A stretch of 64,000 nt of DNA from Squalus acanthias (lineage: Eukaryota): positions 73,658,001 to 73,722,000 of the forward strand of contig CM059432.1 of NCBI GenBank assembly GCA_030390025.1. Direction: 5' to 3'. Positions 10,601 through 21,500 of this stretch are shown here, piece by piece. Below the pieces are notes generated by a model, which had not been told where the DNA came from, searched no databases, and worked only from the letters and a program-made list of their open reading frames with translations. The translations under genes were made by a program, and so were the position numbers. Every line of letters begins with the position of its first letter. Position 1 is the stretch's first letter.

Positions 10601-12177
10601 GCCTCGTCTTGGTGGATGTGTTTTCCAAATGGGTAGAAGCCTTCCCCTGTAGAACAGCTACGGCGCTGGGTACTGCTAAGATCTTGGTCCGGGAAGTGTT
10701 CTCGCGGTGGGGACTCCCCCGTTTTGTGGAGTCAGACCAAGGGAGTCATTTCACCGGCCAGGTGATGCAGAGCACCCTCATGCTTTTGGGCATTGAAGGG
10801 AAGTGGCACGTAGCGCACAATCCCCAGTCATCAGGGATTGTTGAACGCATGAACCGGACCCTAAAGGAGAAGCTGAGGAAAGAGACTATGAACTCACCCC
10901 AAAAATGGGCGGAGGTTCTGCCTCTAGTCCTCATGGGGATCCGGGCCAGTCAGTCGAAAAGTACGGGGTACTCCCCGTACGAGGTGATGACTGGTAGGAT
11001 CATGCGAACCCCCACCCATGTACTAGCCCCGGTGCTCACTGAGGGTCAGCTCCAAGAGGTGAAAAGGGACAAGTTTGTCCAGACCCTCTTGGAGCGCCTG
11101 AAGCAGGTTTACGAGCAGGCAGCTGGGAACATGGGAAGACAGCATCAGGGCAATCGCCTGTTGCTGGAACCCCGCAAGAAGCAGGAGTGGGAAGTCAGAG
11201 ATCAGGTCATGGTTAGGAACTATGCCAGAGTAGGGAGTTTGGAACCACTGTATATGGGACCCTACAGTATTGTAGATAAAGCGAGTCCCATGGTGTACGC
11301 CGTAAAGGTACCTCGGCGCACGAAATGGTTCCACATTAACCAGTGCAAGCTGTATAAGCCGGGTGCACAGGGGCCAACCACAGGGGCCAAAACTGCGAGT
11401 GGGGACTCGCAGCCCCGGGTAGGACCGCAGGGCACACAGACCGGTAAAGCAGCCTGCGAGAGGGGAGAGGACATTCTAGAAAGGTGTAGGATCTTTTCTT
11501 GGTGTTGGGATTCAGATGAGGAAGAGCTCGAGGAGCTCGACCAAGGTAGTGACCTGATCGGAGAGGTGCTGGGGTCGGAGGACGGAAGTTTCGTCCTCGA
11601 CTCAAGCTCAGGGGAGATAGGGGCTGCGAGTGGAGATCCACACAGGGTGGAATCAGAAACTGCAGATCCCGAGCCCAGGGGGGCGGAGCTAGGGGAGACG
11701 GAGCCAGCGGCTGTGGAAGGACCACAGGTCGTGACGGTGGAAGTCTCGGTACCCGGTCCGTCGGCCCTGGAAGTCTTGCCCTTGGGGGAGGTAGGGATTG
11801 CGAGTGGAGGACCACATACTGGGCCAAGTAGGGTGGAGCCAGAAACTGCAAATCCCGAGTTCAGGGGGGCGGAGCCAGGGGAGACGGAGCCAGCGGCTGT
11901 GGTGGGACCACAGGCCGTGACGGTGGAAGTCTTGGTTCCTGGTCCGTCGGCCCTGGAAATCTTGCCCAATGTAGCCCTCCGTAGGTCAAGTCAGACACCC
12001 CAGCCCAGGAAGTCGTGGTCAAGTCCCCCGTACGCCCCCAGGCGTAAGTTCAAGGTCAAGGCAACCCAGGGAGATCCCAGTCCCAGCGCAGCAGCGACAG
12101 GCTGCGGCAGATCAAAGGAAGGGGTCAGTGCCCTCCCACCACTGGGAAAAGCTCGTGGCAGCCTTCACAGAATTTAG
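7696..12177 (+). CDS. pol: Pol polyprotein: aspartic protease, RT, tether (degenerate RNase H), RNase H, integrase, long C-terminal extension
   Basis: LLDTGAS protease; LDISNGFW, LPQGF, YVDD RT motifs; FLEVAASGDSLSAVLLQ tether; IYVDGSS..AQQAEL..SDS..KVKAH..GNQQADALA RNase H; H-x6-H...CLVC zinc finger; QIDYIG, SDQGSHF, GIVERMN integrase; GPY module. No internal stops. Confidence 0.95.
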   Translation, partial: LEPAQPVYLSYDAWKRPLVEMEVEKQKGSYLLDTGASCTVIHTDSPFDSPLSTKVPYTLAGFTGKEQAGAFSIPLSIHLGALHTTWKCILMKWQEGGGRGILGSDLLSEHGILVDLRNHCLWGAKGGKGKVVVIPGKEGKGALCTMKPSGGYDLGLMVADVPTDMQTYVSDNMHAFATHKHDCGRVTRFEVSVDGDPITRPQKQYNFPKEAEPDMETAMSSLVQQGVLRPIATHVNSPLWPVRKPDNSWRATVDYRVLNSNIPACAPTVAAVADLIGSIPASATTFTVLDISNGFWSIPLRREDQYKFAFTFKGQQYTWNCLPQGFHNSPSIFHQCMAGSLKEFSQPNQIVQYVDDLLLFTGSREEHGPLLAELLELLARKGFKVNPKKARIGQQEVKFLGLTIRAGERAIDKARRESVQELPIPNTITGVRSFLGLTGYCRDFIEDYAATAAPLLRLLHKGVEWSWDEGCQAAFEKLKRDLQTAPALGAIDGGKEFFLEVAASGDSLSAVLLQERHGKLRPVVYSSRVLTDVERSFSNCERHLLATHWAVKRSVIFTGLSPITLLTHHMPTKMLLDGRIKDGTVSSARIARWTLLLSQMDLRVKGLCEPRLAANLVYPGTAHRCSVEGVWEVNIGLRAGIHPTGREIYVDGSSTVSAGERLTGCGVYDPAADLALAIKLPSTMSAQQAELSAVAYIVNHPEIFPTPYTICSDSMFTCNSCTEYLAIWSRRGYTSVDGRPLTVKPLLEKILAAVGEEGEIFIHKVKAHSSTEPRGEGNQQADALAREGARNGIFWDPYGPGPVAAIQGREGNPGNTRVALPLDLKTVQNQDPALKAVLRTITEGKQVEGPYSTATLSVKEGMLFREEQWVVPQQHRREFLQLAHEGPGAGHPGPEVTWQRVEQAGWWPGLREQVREFCANCLVCAANNPYPQKRKVHMGHIRRVEGPWQSIQIDYIGPLPTTQGGYKYCLVLVDVFSKWVEAFPCRTATALGTAKILVREVFSRWGLPRFVESDQGSHFTGQVMQSTLMLLGIEGKWHVAHNPQSSGIVERMNRTLKEKLRKETMNSPQKWAEVLPLVLMGIRASQSKSTGYSPYEVMTGRIMRTPTHVLAPVLTEGQLQEVKRDKFVQTLLERLKQVYEQAAGNMGRQHQGNRLLLEPRKKQEWEVRDQVMVRNYARVGSLEPLYMGPYSIVDKASPMVYAVKVPRRTKWFHINQCKLYKPGAQGPTTGAKTASGDSQPRVGPQGTQTGKAACERGEDILERCRIFSWCWDSDEEELEELDQGSDLIGEVLGSEDGSFVLDSSSGEIGAASGDPHRVESETADPEPRGAELGETEPAAVEGPQVVTVEVSVPGPSALEVLPLGEVGIASGGPHTGPSRVEPETANPEFRGAEPGETEPAAVVGPQAVTVEVLVPGPSALEILPNVALRRSSQTPQPRKSWSSPPYAPRRKFKVKATQGDPSPSAAATGCGRSKEGVSALPPLGKARGSLHRI

Positions 12178-12436
12178 GTAGGCCGCCCTGGGAACGGGCG
12201 GCGCTGTACAGTATAAGTTTATAAGTTTAAGTTTGTAAGTTTGGTAAGTTTGCAGTTTAAATTTAATAGTAAATGGTAAAGTGATGGGAGTTAGTGATAG
12301 GAATAGTTAAAGTCTATCCAGCATACATGTCCTTTTACGTGAGACGAGGTCAAGGGACCCGCTCACCCTTCACAAGAGCCAGAGACTCTTGGGAGGCTGG
12401 CTACATCATTTTATCTGATCACAGGAACCAGGAGAT

Positions 12437-13747
12437 ATGGAAAGGATTCTGATAGTGCTCGCAACGATCGGATATCGATTGGCCTATCGGGGCCTCACCA
12501 AGGATGTCGTTGTGTTTGGTTGCTCCGGGGACACGGCCCCCATCGTGACGGATGGGACCGGGGAGCGAAAGGCTGAGGAGACCGCCACTTATTTCCACAA
12601 GGGAAGGTGGCCGGGATGGCTGGGAACGAATTCGACGGAATACTCCAGCGCATCCGGATTTGCCTACAAAGAGACTTCTTTACTGTGCCCCAGAGTGAGG
12701 ATCATTGCACCCAGGATCAGCGTCACCGTCGGCAAAAGGATTTGTTTGACCTGCAATGGGAAGGTCCCATTGAGCCGATGGTGGTGGTTACGGAAGTTAA
12801 GCAAGACTATGAGAAATTCCTCGGTTGAGTGGGAGCGATTGGGTAACAATACCCATCGGACAATTACGGGGACTAACGGACAATTGAAAGTCTGTTGGGA
12901 CAAATGGTGGGAACCGGATGAGGGACTATATGTTTGTATGTGGGGATCGAAATACGTTTGCCCCAAGGGTATATCCATATTTTTCGTACACCAGTGGCAG
13001 GATAACGGGAAAGGGATGAGGTGGGATGTCAGCACAAAGGGGTGCGGAGCTCCATTCTCCCCGATCCCGGTAAACGCCACTGAACTCATCACGCGCCCAC
13101 GCAAGGCTCCGCCCATGATTCCGGTGGTTTTGGCTCAGGAGGAAGGGTGCCCTAAAGCCACTAAGGGGCCCGGGAATGGTTTGGTACTGGTCCCAACAGA
13201 CCAGATACTATTTCAGGGGGTACATTACGCGGTGGCCTCGGTGATTCTAAATCTCACCGAGGTGCGTTTACCAGAGTGGTGCCCCAAAGAGACGGAACAA
13301 TTGTACCAGGTCCTGTTGACAAACATGTTCAGACAATTCTACGAGTTTGATTTTGCAGAGATTGACAAAACAAGCTTGTACACCACACCACACGAAGTTT
13401 TGGGTCAGGTGGGGAGACAGAGAAGGGGCATTGTGAACGATATGTTCACCGCCTTTAATACAGGAACATCTGTGGTCAACGCTCTAGACAACGTGGAGCT
13501 GCAGACCCAGATCAATGGTTTAAAAACACAATTAAAAAGCATCCTCACAAGCGAAAACAAGGTAGTAGGGTCTGAGTTACATGAGGACCAGGCCATGACA
13601 CTACACTTAAAAGAGATTATAGCAGAGCTGGAGAAGCATGCGAGAACGGTAAATGCCCTGATCAGGGAAGATCGGAACGCATCCGATCAAGCTGCGCAGA
13701 ATGAGGTGTGCGTACTATACGGGGCGTGGTTACTGGGCGAGGGCCGC
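12437..13747 (+). pseudogene. env: Envelope glycoprotein (class I fusion type, N-terminal Ig-like domain), C-terminally truncated
   Basis: Splice acceptor ttttatctgatcacag at ~12409-12424 just upstream. Short hydrophobic N-terminus, six N-x-S/T sequons seen, RQRR furin site (13415-13426) followed by GIVNDMFTAF and a long heptad repeat. No TM anchor because the sequence switches to Harbinger DNA. Confidence 0.85.
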
Positions 13748-15013
13748 ACTAACACACTTCCTTCTTTCTTGGAGGAGAAGGTCACACACAACCTGAGACA
13801 GGAGGCTGCTATTGGAGAAGGCTGAGCCTGTCTGTACACTTCTTCCTCATGGAAGAAAGCAGGCTAGCCATTACAGACAGGAGGAGAGTAATGGCTGCGG
13901 TGAGTGGCAATGCTGGAAGAGGCATTACACTGGGTTTCTTCACACCGTATCCTCTTTTTCCCTTGTTCCTTCTATCTCATCCTACACAGTCTGCAGATTG
14001 CCAGTTATGGAAGGGCAGTAAATCAGTTGGCTCTCCTGTTGAGCCAGCCGACAGATTGGGCCTGGGGGTGAGGAGAGGAGCCAATCACGGATGGGGTCAA
14101 GGGCAGACAGCAGCCCACATTATTTTTTTAGAACTGCTGGTTAGGTCGCTCAATACCTGGTGAAAATGGGAGGAATCACTCCACCCAGTTGTACCTGAAA
14201 ACTGCAAACTACAACTAGCGTAGGATCCCTATTTGCATTTTTAAGCAGCCTCCCACTGGAAATAGGCATGTGTGATGCTTGCCCTACAGGCCCACCTGAA
14301 AATTGCATCTGTCGGGCCTTGAGCATCAATGTGACGGCCACGTTCCGCCCACCTCCTCAGTTTTTAGGCGAGAAATGGGGACCGGCAGTTGAAAATCATT
14401 CCCAATCAGTCAATGTGGAAATCTTTGGCAGATTAGTGTGTTTTTGTATTATTTTAAGGAGCCCTCCTGTTCTCTTTCTTATCTGATGATGAAGGTTTGC
14501 ATGAGTCCTTTCCCTGAGAGCATAGGGGGGAATTTTAAACCCCGCGCAGGGCAGAAACATTGCTACAGCCCCTGCACCCCTATTCCTGCCCTGGGTTAAA
14601 ATCGGGGCTGATGTAATTGTATTATAGAGTTAAATAATGGTTGTCTGAGAGGAGTGCAAGTGATTATCAACAGCATTTTGTTTTCTTCAGTTGGAGTGCA
14701 ACCTTTCTACTGGAAATAATTGGTCACAATTTCCTGCTTGTTGTCATATGCTGCTGGCAGTAGGTTGTCCTATGCCACCTCCTCTCTCTCATTGGCACCC
14801 TTGTCATGATCAAGGCATTGGTTGTCTCCACCTTCTTCCTCCTCATCTTTTGCAGTTGGGAGGTCCAATCCATTCTCAACTGCCAAATTCTGGCGCATAC
14901 TGCAAGCCACTACAATTCTTGACACCCTCGTTGGGCTGTCGTACTTCCCTGACCTATTCAGGCAACAGAAGTGGGACTTTAGAATCCCAATGGTGTTGTG
15001 TAGCACTCAATCC

Positions 15014-15346
15014 GTCATTTGAATGAGACGCTAAACCGAGGCCCCATCTGCCCTCTCAGGTGGACGTAAAAGATCCCACGCCACTATTCAAAGAAAAGCA
15101 GGGGTGTTCTCCCCAGTGTCCTGCCCAATATTTATCCTTCAACCAACATCACTAAAGAAACAGATTATCTGGTCATGATATCATTGCTGTTTGTGGGACC
15201 TTGGTGTGCATAAATTGTCTGCTGCGTTTCCTACATTACAACAGTGACTGCACTTCAAAAGTACTCCATTGGCTGTAAAGCACTTTGGGATGTCCTGAGG
15301 TCATGAAAAATGCGATATAAATGCAAGTTCTTTCTTTCTTCTTTCT
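15014..15346 (+). mobile_element. DeuSINE-family SINE (body and tail)
   Basis: Deu-domain-like ccctctcaggtggacgtaaaagatccc...attgctgtttgtgggaccttg, and 3' end aagcactttgggatgtcctgagg...tataaatgcaagttctttctttct. Confidence 0.75.
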
Positions 15347-15399
15347 TTAATGCTTAATTTTACCTGTATTTGGCCTCTGTCCTTGAATGATGGAGCGCT

Positions 15400-16150
15400 T
15401 TCAACAGCCACGACTAAAGTGGGCAACCGTGGTGTCCTCTCGGCCATCCTGACATATTGCTCTAGCTGAGCACAGCAGGTATCCTGGATTGCCTGAGAGA
15501 AAAAGAATCAGGGTTGCTTCCTGAGTAGAATGCATTGACATGCAGAATGAGGTGGCGTGCATCACTCACAATCTGCATGTTCAGTGAATGATATATCTTT
15601 CTATTGATGAAATTGGTGGTGCTTTCAGATGGAAACTTTAATGCTACATGGGTGGTATCAATCGCACCCTGCAGTTGGGGGAATACACCAGACGAAAGAA
15701 GTTGATTGCTCTCTCTCTGCATGATGGGTTCATGGGGACAATCATGAAATCAAAGGCCTGCCTGAACAGAGCATCCATTGCCATTTAATGCACCAATATA
15801 TTGCTGATTGATTTATGTGACAAATGTCATCAGAGGCCACTTGGAAACAACATCCAGTGCATAAAAATTTAGTGTTGTTGTCACCTTTACAACCACTGAC
15901 AAGGCTGTGCCCCTGGCAGAAACAGGCTGCAAGTCAGTTACCAACAATTGTCACATTTCCCTTACTGCATCAGGGGTAAACCACAGCCTTCTTATGCACT
16001 GATATTGGAAGAAATCTAGATAGGACCTTCTTGATCTGTAGATCATCTGTTGGTATCTCCAGGTCAGGTGTTGTTTGCGTGGTTGATGCCGTACTCTCCT
16101 AGCTTCCATCCTTTCCTCTTTCATGTCCTCATCATCTTCCTCCTCAAAAC
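15400..16150 (-). pseudogene. Decayed Harbinger transposase fragment
   Basis: ORF pieces FPQLQGAIDTTHVAL...FINRKIYHSLNMQIVSD and YRSRRSYLD..CIRRLWF align by eye to the 22304 transposase. Confidence 0.8.
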
Positions 16151-17699
16151 ACAGGAACAATGGAATTCCCTCCCAAAACCCTTCTGCCTTATCTCTTCCC
16201 TCCTTGCTTTCAAATGCTTATTAAAAAAAATTATTTTCAATTGCTTTTTCCGCTCTGCCTCTTAATCCAGTATAGCTATTCTTCTCTTCCCACTTGATGT
16301 TCATTTTCATTTATTCGATCAGTAGTGTATCTGGTGAATCTTACCTAGACTAAGAGTGACCATGTCCCTTACATTCAATGGGTGCAGGAATGCCACATGG
16401 AAGGAGCTTATACCCAAAAGTGGGGGAGGACATTGTACTGCCTGCAGCAGTGGTAATGGCTGTGACCTTCCTGCTGCCTTTGAAATAAAAACCACTTAAC
16501 TGGTTGAAAGTTAGAGAAGTTGCTGCACCCACTTCACAGATCCTCCAATTTGGGGGTACTGGGCGCAAAGACCTCCACCAGCCAGAGACCCAGCAAAATT
16601 ACGCACATCTCTTGTGCCTCTTTAACATTTCATCTCTGAGTAATTCAGTCTGTTCCAAATGAAAGTACTCCACTGCCTCCTCCTCTAGGAAACCCCCAGA
16701 AGCGTGCATGAAGTACAAAGGTGGTGGAAAGCAGCAAAACCGGTCTCCGCACTTTTTTCCTCTGCTTTGTACCTGGGTAATAATAGGGTAATTTTATCTT
16801 TTGGTGATAGTGTAAAACAGGCGATAGCAGATCAGCTGCCCATTATACACCTCTCCTTTCCATTGAATTCAAAAGCATTTTTGATTGTAGGAATTTCTAC
16901 TCTAGTGGTTAAGTAAGACTCTAAAGAGAGAGGCCATTAGAGTTAGGAGTGAGCATGAGAAGAACTGTGGTTCAATGCTAGTACTGTGATTGGAATCTAC
17001 TAGTGAGCCTAATTTTAGGCAGAGTGTGTTATATGGTCTACATTATTGCTGAGTCAGAAAGATTTAAGACTGTATGAAGAAGGAAAAGTAATGATCATAG
17101 TACTTTGAAAGTTATGTTGAAAAGTACTTAATTTTACTGTCACTTCATCATTAAAATTATCTACAGGATGAAAAATATATGTTAAAGAAAGGCTACATGC
17201 TTCTTAACCTTTAATCCTAAATCCCTCTATTGTATTATTGAAAGTGCATAGGATAGCATATATAGGCAAAACCTTATGTTACTTACGTTTCCAATAGATG
17301 ACTCATCTACCTCTGCATCTGTAGTGTTGGAACAAAAACAAGACATCATGATCTCAGCAGAGAATTAAGTCTGGCGTGAGGAACCTGGTGTGGTTGAAGA
17401 ATGTGTGTAAGCAGATGTGGAACAAATTCAACAGGAAGAGCAAATCATCAAGTGTGTAGATGGGCAAAAGGAGGCAATTTCTTGTTAAGAGGAATGGTCA
17501 ACAACAACTGGAGGATTTTGCAGAGTTAGGCTGGGGTGAGGCAATGGAAGGTTTTATAAATGAGGACAAGAATTGTGAATAGAATGTGTTGGGGAGCCAA
17601 TGAAAGTTAGCAAGCATGGGGGCAATAGACAAGTGGAACTGAATGTGAAGCAAGTTACAAAGTTCTCTAATGTAGCATGTAGACTGTACCAGGTCACAA

Positions 17700-18501
17700 A
17701 GAGAAGTGTGAGGTGATGCATTCTGGCAGAAGGAACAGGGAGAGGCAATATATACTTAATGGCACAATTTTAAAGAGTGTGCAGGGACAGAGGGACCTGG
17801 GAGTTAATGTGCATAGGTCCCTGAAGGTGGCAGGACGTATTGAGAGAGTGGTTAACAAAGCATATGGGATCTTGGGCTTCATAAATAGAGGTATTGAGTG
17901 CAAAAGTAGAGAAGTTATGCTGAACCTTTATAAAGCGCTGGTTAGGCCACAACTGGAGTATTGCGTCCAGTTCTGATCACCACACTTTAGGTAGGATGTG
18001 AAGGCCCTTGAGAGGGTGCAGAGGAGATTTACCAGAATGGTTCCGGGGATGGGGGATCTTAGCTACAAGGACAGGTGGGAGAAGCTGGATTTGTTTTCAT
18101 TAGAGCAAAGGAGGTTGAGGGGTGATTTGATAGAGGTGTACAAGATTATGACGGGTTTAGATAGGCTAGACGGGGAAAGGCTGTTCCCACTAGTTGATGG
18201 TACAAGGACTAGGGGACACAGATTTAAGGTTTTGGCAAGAGATACAGGGGGGATGTGAGGGGAAACTTTTTTACACAGCCAGTTGTGATGACCTGGAATT
18301 CGCTGCTGACGGAAGTGGTGGAAGCGGACACACTCAATGTTTTCAAGGGGAGACTGGATAGGCACTTGAGGGAAATAAACTTGCAGGGCTACGGGGATAC
18401 AGCAGGGGAATGGGACTGACTGGATTGCTCTACAGAGAGCCGGCATGGACTCGATGGGCCGAATGGCCTCCTTCTGTGCCATTATGACTCTATGACTCTA
18501 T
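17700..18501 (+). mobile_element. CR1 LINE 3' fragment with (TATGACTC)n tail
   Basis: QRDLGV, LYKALVRPQLEYCVQF, RRLRGDLIEVYK, TRGH motifs; 3' UTR hairpin and octamer tail. Confidence 0.9.
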
Positions 18502-21500
18502 GGGCTCGATTTTGCCAGGCCCGAGGAGGCGGGATTGGAGGCGTGTGAGGTGGTAAAATTGCAAAAAATGGCGGGCGGGCCCGATCCCGCCTCCATCCCG
18601 CCTCCGAGCAATTTTACCAAATGTGTGTTTTCTGACCCCGTTTCCATCCCGCCTCCAAGAGGCGGGATAGGCCCTTAAGGCCCTTAACAACCAGTTAAGT
18701 GCCTCTATAATCCCATTTTGAGAGGCCTTTCTGATTTTACCACTTTTCCCACGTCCTGCACGTCTCCTCTGGAACACGCCAGTGAATCCTGGCGGCCTCA
18801 CAAGTGGATTGCTTACTAACAGCTGCAGCTCCACCATTAAAAAAGAGTTTTCAGCAATCATCATTTGCAGGTGGCAGAACTTTGTTGTCTCATGTCTGGG
18901 GGAACTTTTAGCAGGCATACCCATTGTTGTGGAAGTTTGGAGCCTGACACCCATCTCCAGTGTGACCTCCTGGGAAACCCCTCTCGCCACCTTGACTGAG
19001 CGCTTCCTCAACTGAGGCATATACCAGAGGCATGGGAACCATTTATTTCCTTTCCTCCTGGACATCAGATTCGGACGAAGACCAACCGTGGCAGCAGTAA
19101 AACCATGAACAACAGCACCACCAACAGCAGCAGCAACAATAGGAGCGCCAAGCTGCTGCTCACCCACCTGAAGCTGCACAGGCCAGAAGGCACCAGCGCG
19201 CGACCTCATTGCTGCAAGGGATGCAAGGGACGCACTCATCTTGGCCAGATTTGCTTAGCCTGCACAATCAAACACTTTTGCCTCGCACCTTCGTATCAGA
19301 CCATCGACAATGGCCAAGAACCTGCGGATTCCTATCACTCTGACTGCCATACTGACAATTGCAAGTCGCCCTAAGCCCTCAATGTGGAAGTCCCATTAGC
19401 GAAATGGCACACGCCACAACTGCAACAGTTTGCCATCAGAATTTTTTATGACAATAAGCAACTGATGGCTTTTCAAAATTAAACACAACATTACACCCAA
19501 GTGACTACCCTTGTGACTACTTGTGCATTATCTTCCTCTTACGTGTGCTCCTACATGGTGCTTCCCCTGTGGCTTCAGCAGATGTGGAGGCCCCTTGCTC
19601 ACTTTCTTGCTGCTCCTAACTCGACACCTTTGGCGGGCGTCCTCTGGGGTTGCTAAGCTGTGAGGGCTCGGCAACAGTCTGCTGCTCCTGCGGCTGTGCA
19701 GGGGTTGAGACGCCGATCTCAGTTGGGTGGGGACTCTGGTGGGGCTCTGACTGAGGGCACTGCAGTGGCATGGTCGTGTGAGCGCTTGGAGAGGAGCCCC
19801 CACTTCCTTGTTGTATGCCACCAACATCCCTCTCATGGGTGAGCCCCACTTCAGAGCTAGCAAGTGGCTGGACAGCACCTTGCTGCACTGCAGGGGGACC
19901 ATGAGGACCCATTTCTGCACTGGAAGTCCTACTCCAGAGGACTTGCATGAAGGTCTGGTTTGTTTGCTCAATAGCTGACCATCGCTCCTCAAGAGATGTC
20001 AGTCTATTCTGAACAATGACCATATTTTCCATACCCTGGCAACTAAGCTCCTCCATGGACGTAGCCATCCTCTCCTCTACCGTAGCCATCCTCTCCTCTA
20101 CGGTAGCCAGCCTTACCATGGAGGTAGACATCCTTTACAAGGAGGTTGCCATCCTTTCCGTGGTGATGCGTTCATGCGCCAATGCCTCCACAAAGGCTCT
20201 GCTCATGTTAGCGATGGACTCCTCCATTCGCTCCACACTCGCAGCGACCCTGGAGACAAAACCTGCCAGAGACTCCTGCACCTGTTCCTGAAGTTCCAGC
20301 ACCGCTCTCCTTCTGGATGGACCCGGAGGCACAGGGTCAACATACAGCGGAGCCGAGCTGGAAGCGTCCTCTCCACTGCGACAAGGACTCTCCACTGCCG
20401 TTCCTGTCTCCACCATCTGCTGATGCTCACTTGTGAGCTGTGATACACCAGGTGACAACTCTACTCTATGTCCCGAAGGTCCCACCGAGGTGTGAGTGTC
20501 TGCGCTGGTGCTGGGTGCGCTTAATTCTGCTGACGGAGCACCCTCAGAGGTTGCAGCTTCCTCTGAGGAGTCTGGAAGCTCAGGCTCTTCCTCCTGGACA
20601 GTGGGGACGGGTGCTCTCGATGGTCCTGTGGGGGAGTAAAGGAAAGAGTTAGAGATGTAAGGTAAAGGTTGCATGCACATTGAATTGTGCAGATCATCAT
20701 AAGTCAATCTGTTAGAGCATCAGAATCATTATCAGTCACTCATGCAATGTCAATGAGAGAGATGCAAAACTATTCTGTCACCAGCTTGCTGTGATGCGTC
20801 CGCCTGTCCGTCCCCCACTTGGGAATCCTCCTCAATCCCGGCAATTTCCAGGGCCGCCTCCTCCGAGGTGGTGAGCTGGGCTACTGAGGGTGGCCCTCCT
20901 CCTGTCCTCGCACTTTCCCTCTTATTGTGGACTCTCTTTTCCTGCAATGAGGGACACAAGTGGAGTTTGAGTGAGAATGAAGGAGTGAGTGTAGAGAATC
21001 CATAGCATCGATGCTTAGAAGGAGACAAAGGGCCCTTCCTGTGTGTTGTAAGTTGTTGTCATTGCGTCACAGTGATAGTGAGTGTGAGGGCTGCATGGTC
21101 GAATAGTTAAGTGAATGTGACCATAGAGAGAGAGAGAATGGGTAAGGGTGCAGGGATGTCAGTGTCAAGTGGGATGTGGAGGAAGAGGTTGGCAAAGCAG
21201 AGTGCTGGTGAGGAGGAGCGATGGGGATGAGATTGAGGGTGATGAGAAAGTCATACTCACTTTTCCTGTGCGGAAAAGGTCATGAAACCTCTTCCTGCAC
21301 TGAAGCCAGGTTCTGCGGCACATAGAGATGGCATTGACCTCCTGGGCCACTTGCAGCCACACAGCTTTAGTCTGTTGTGGTGGCTTTTTTCTCCCTGAGG
21401 AAGGGAAGAGCACCTCCTTATTAGATCTTGCTCCCTGCACCAGAGCTTGGAGGGAGGGCTCATCAAAGCGAGGTGCATACTTTTGCTTGCTGGTAGACAT

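Larger units (their letters stand above)
4172..13747 (+). mobile_element. Endogenous retrovirus-like provirus (lokiretrovirus-like), 3'-truncated: LTR-PBS-gag-pol-env, no 3' LTR
   Basis: LTR with TGTGTAA...TTACACA ends, PBS, gag with CCHC, pol with PR-RT(YVDD)-tether-RNaseH-IN, env with furin site and heptad repeat. Env breaks off at ~13747 into Harbinger-derived sequence. Confidence 0.9.

Noticed and set aside
11262..11969. 235-aa antisense ORF in pol as an HBZ-like antisense gene
   Set aside because: Explained by the GC-rich repeated coding sequence on the sense strand; no independent motif.
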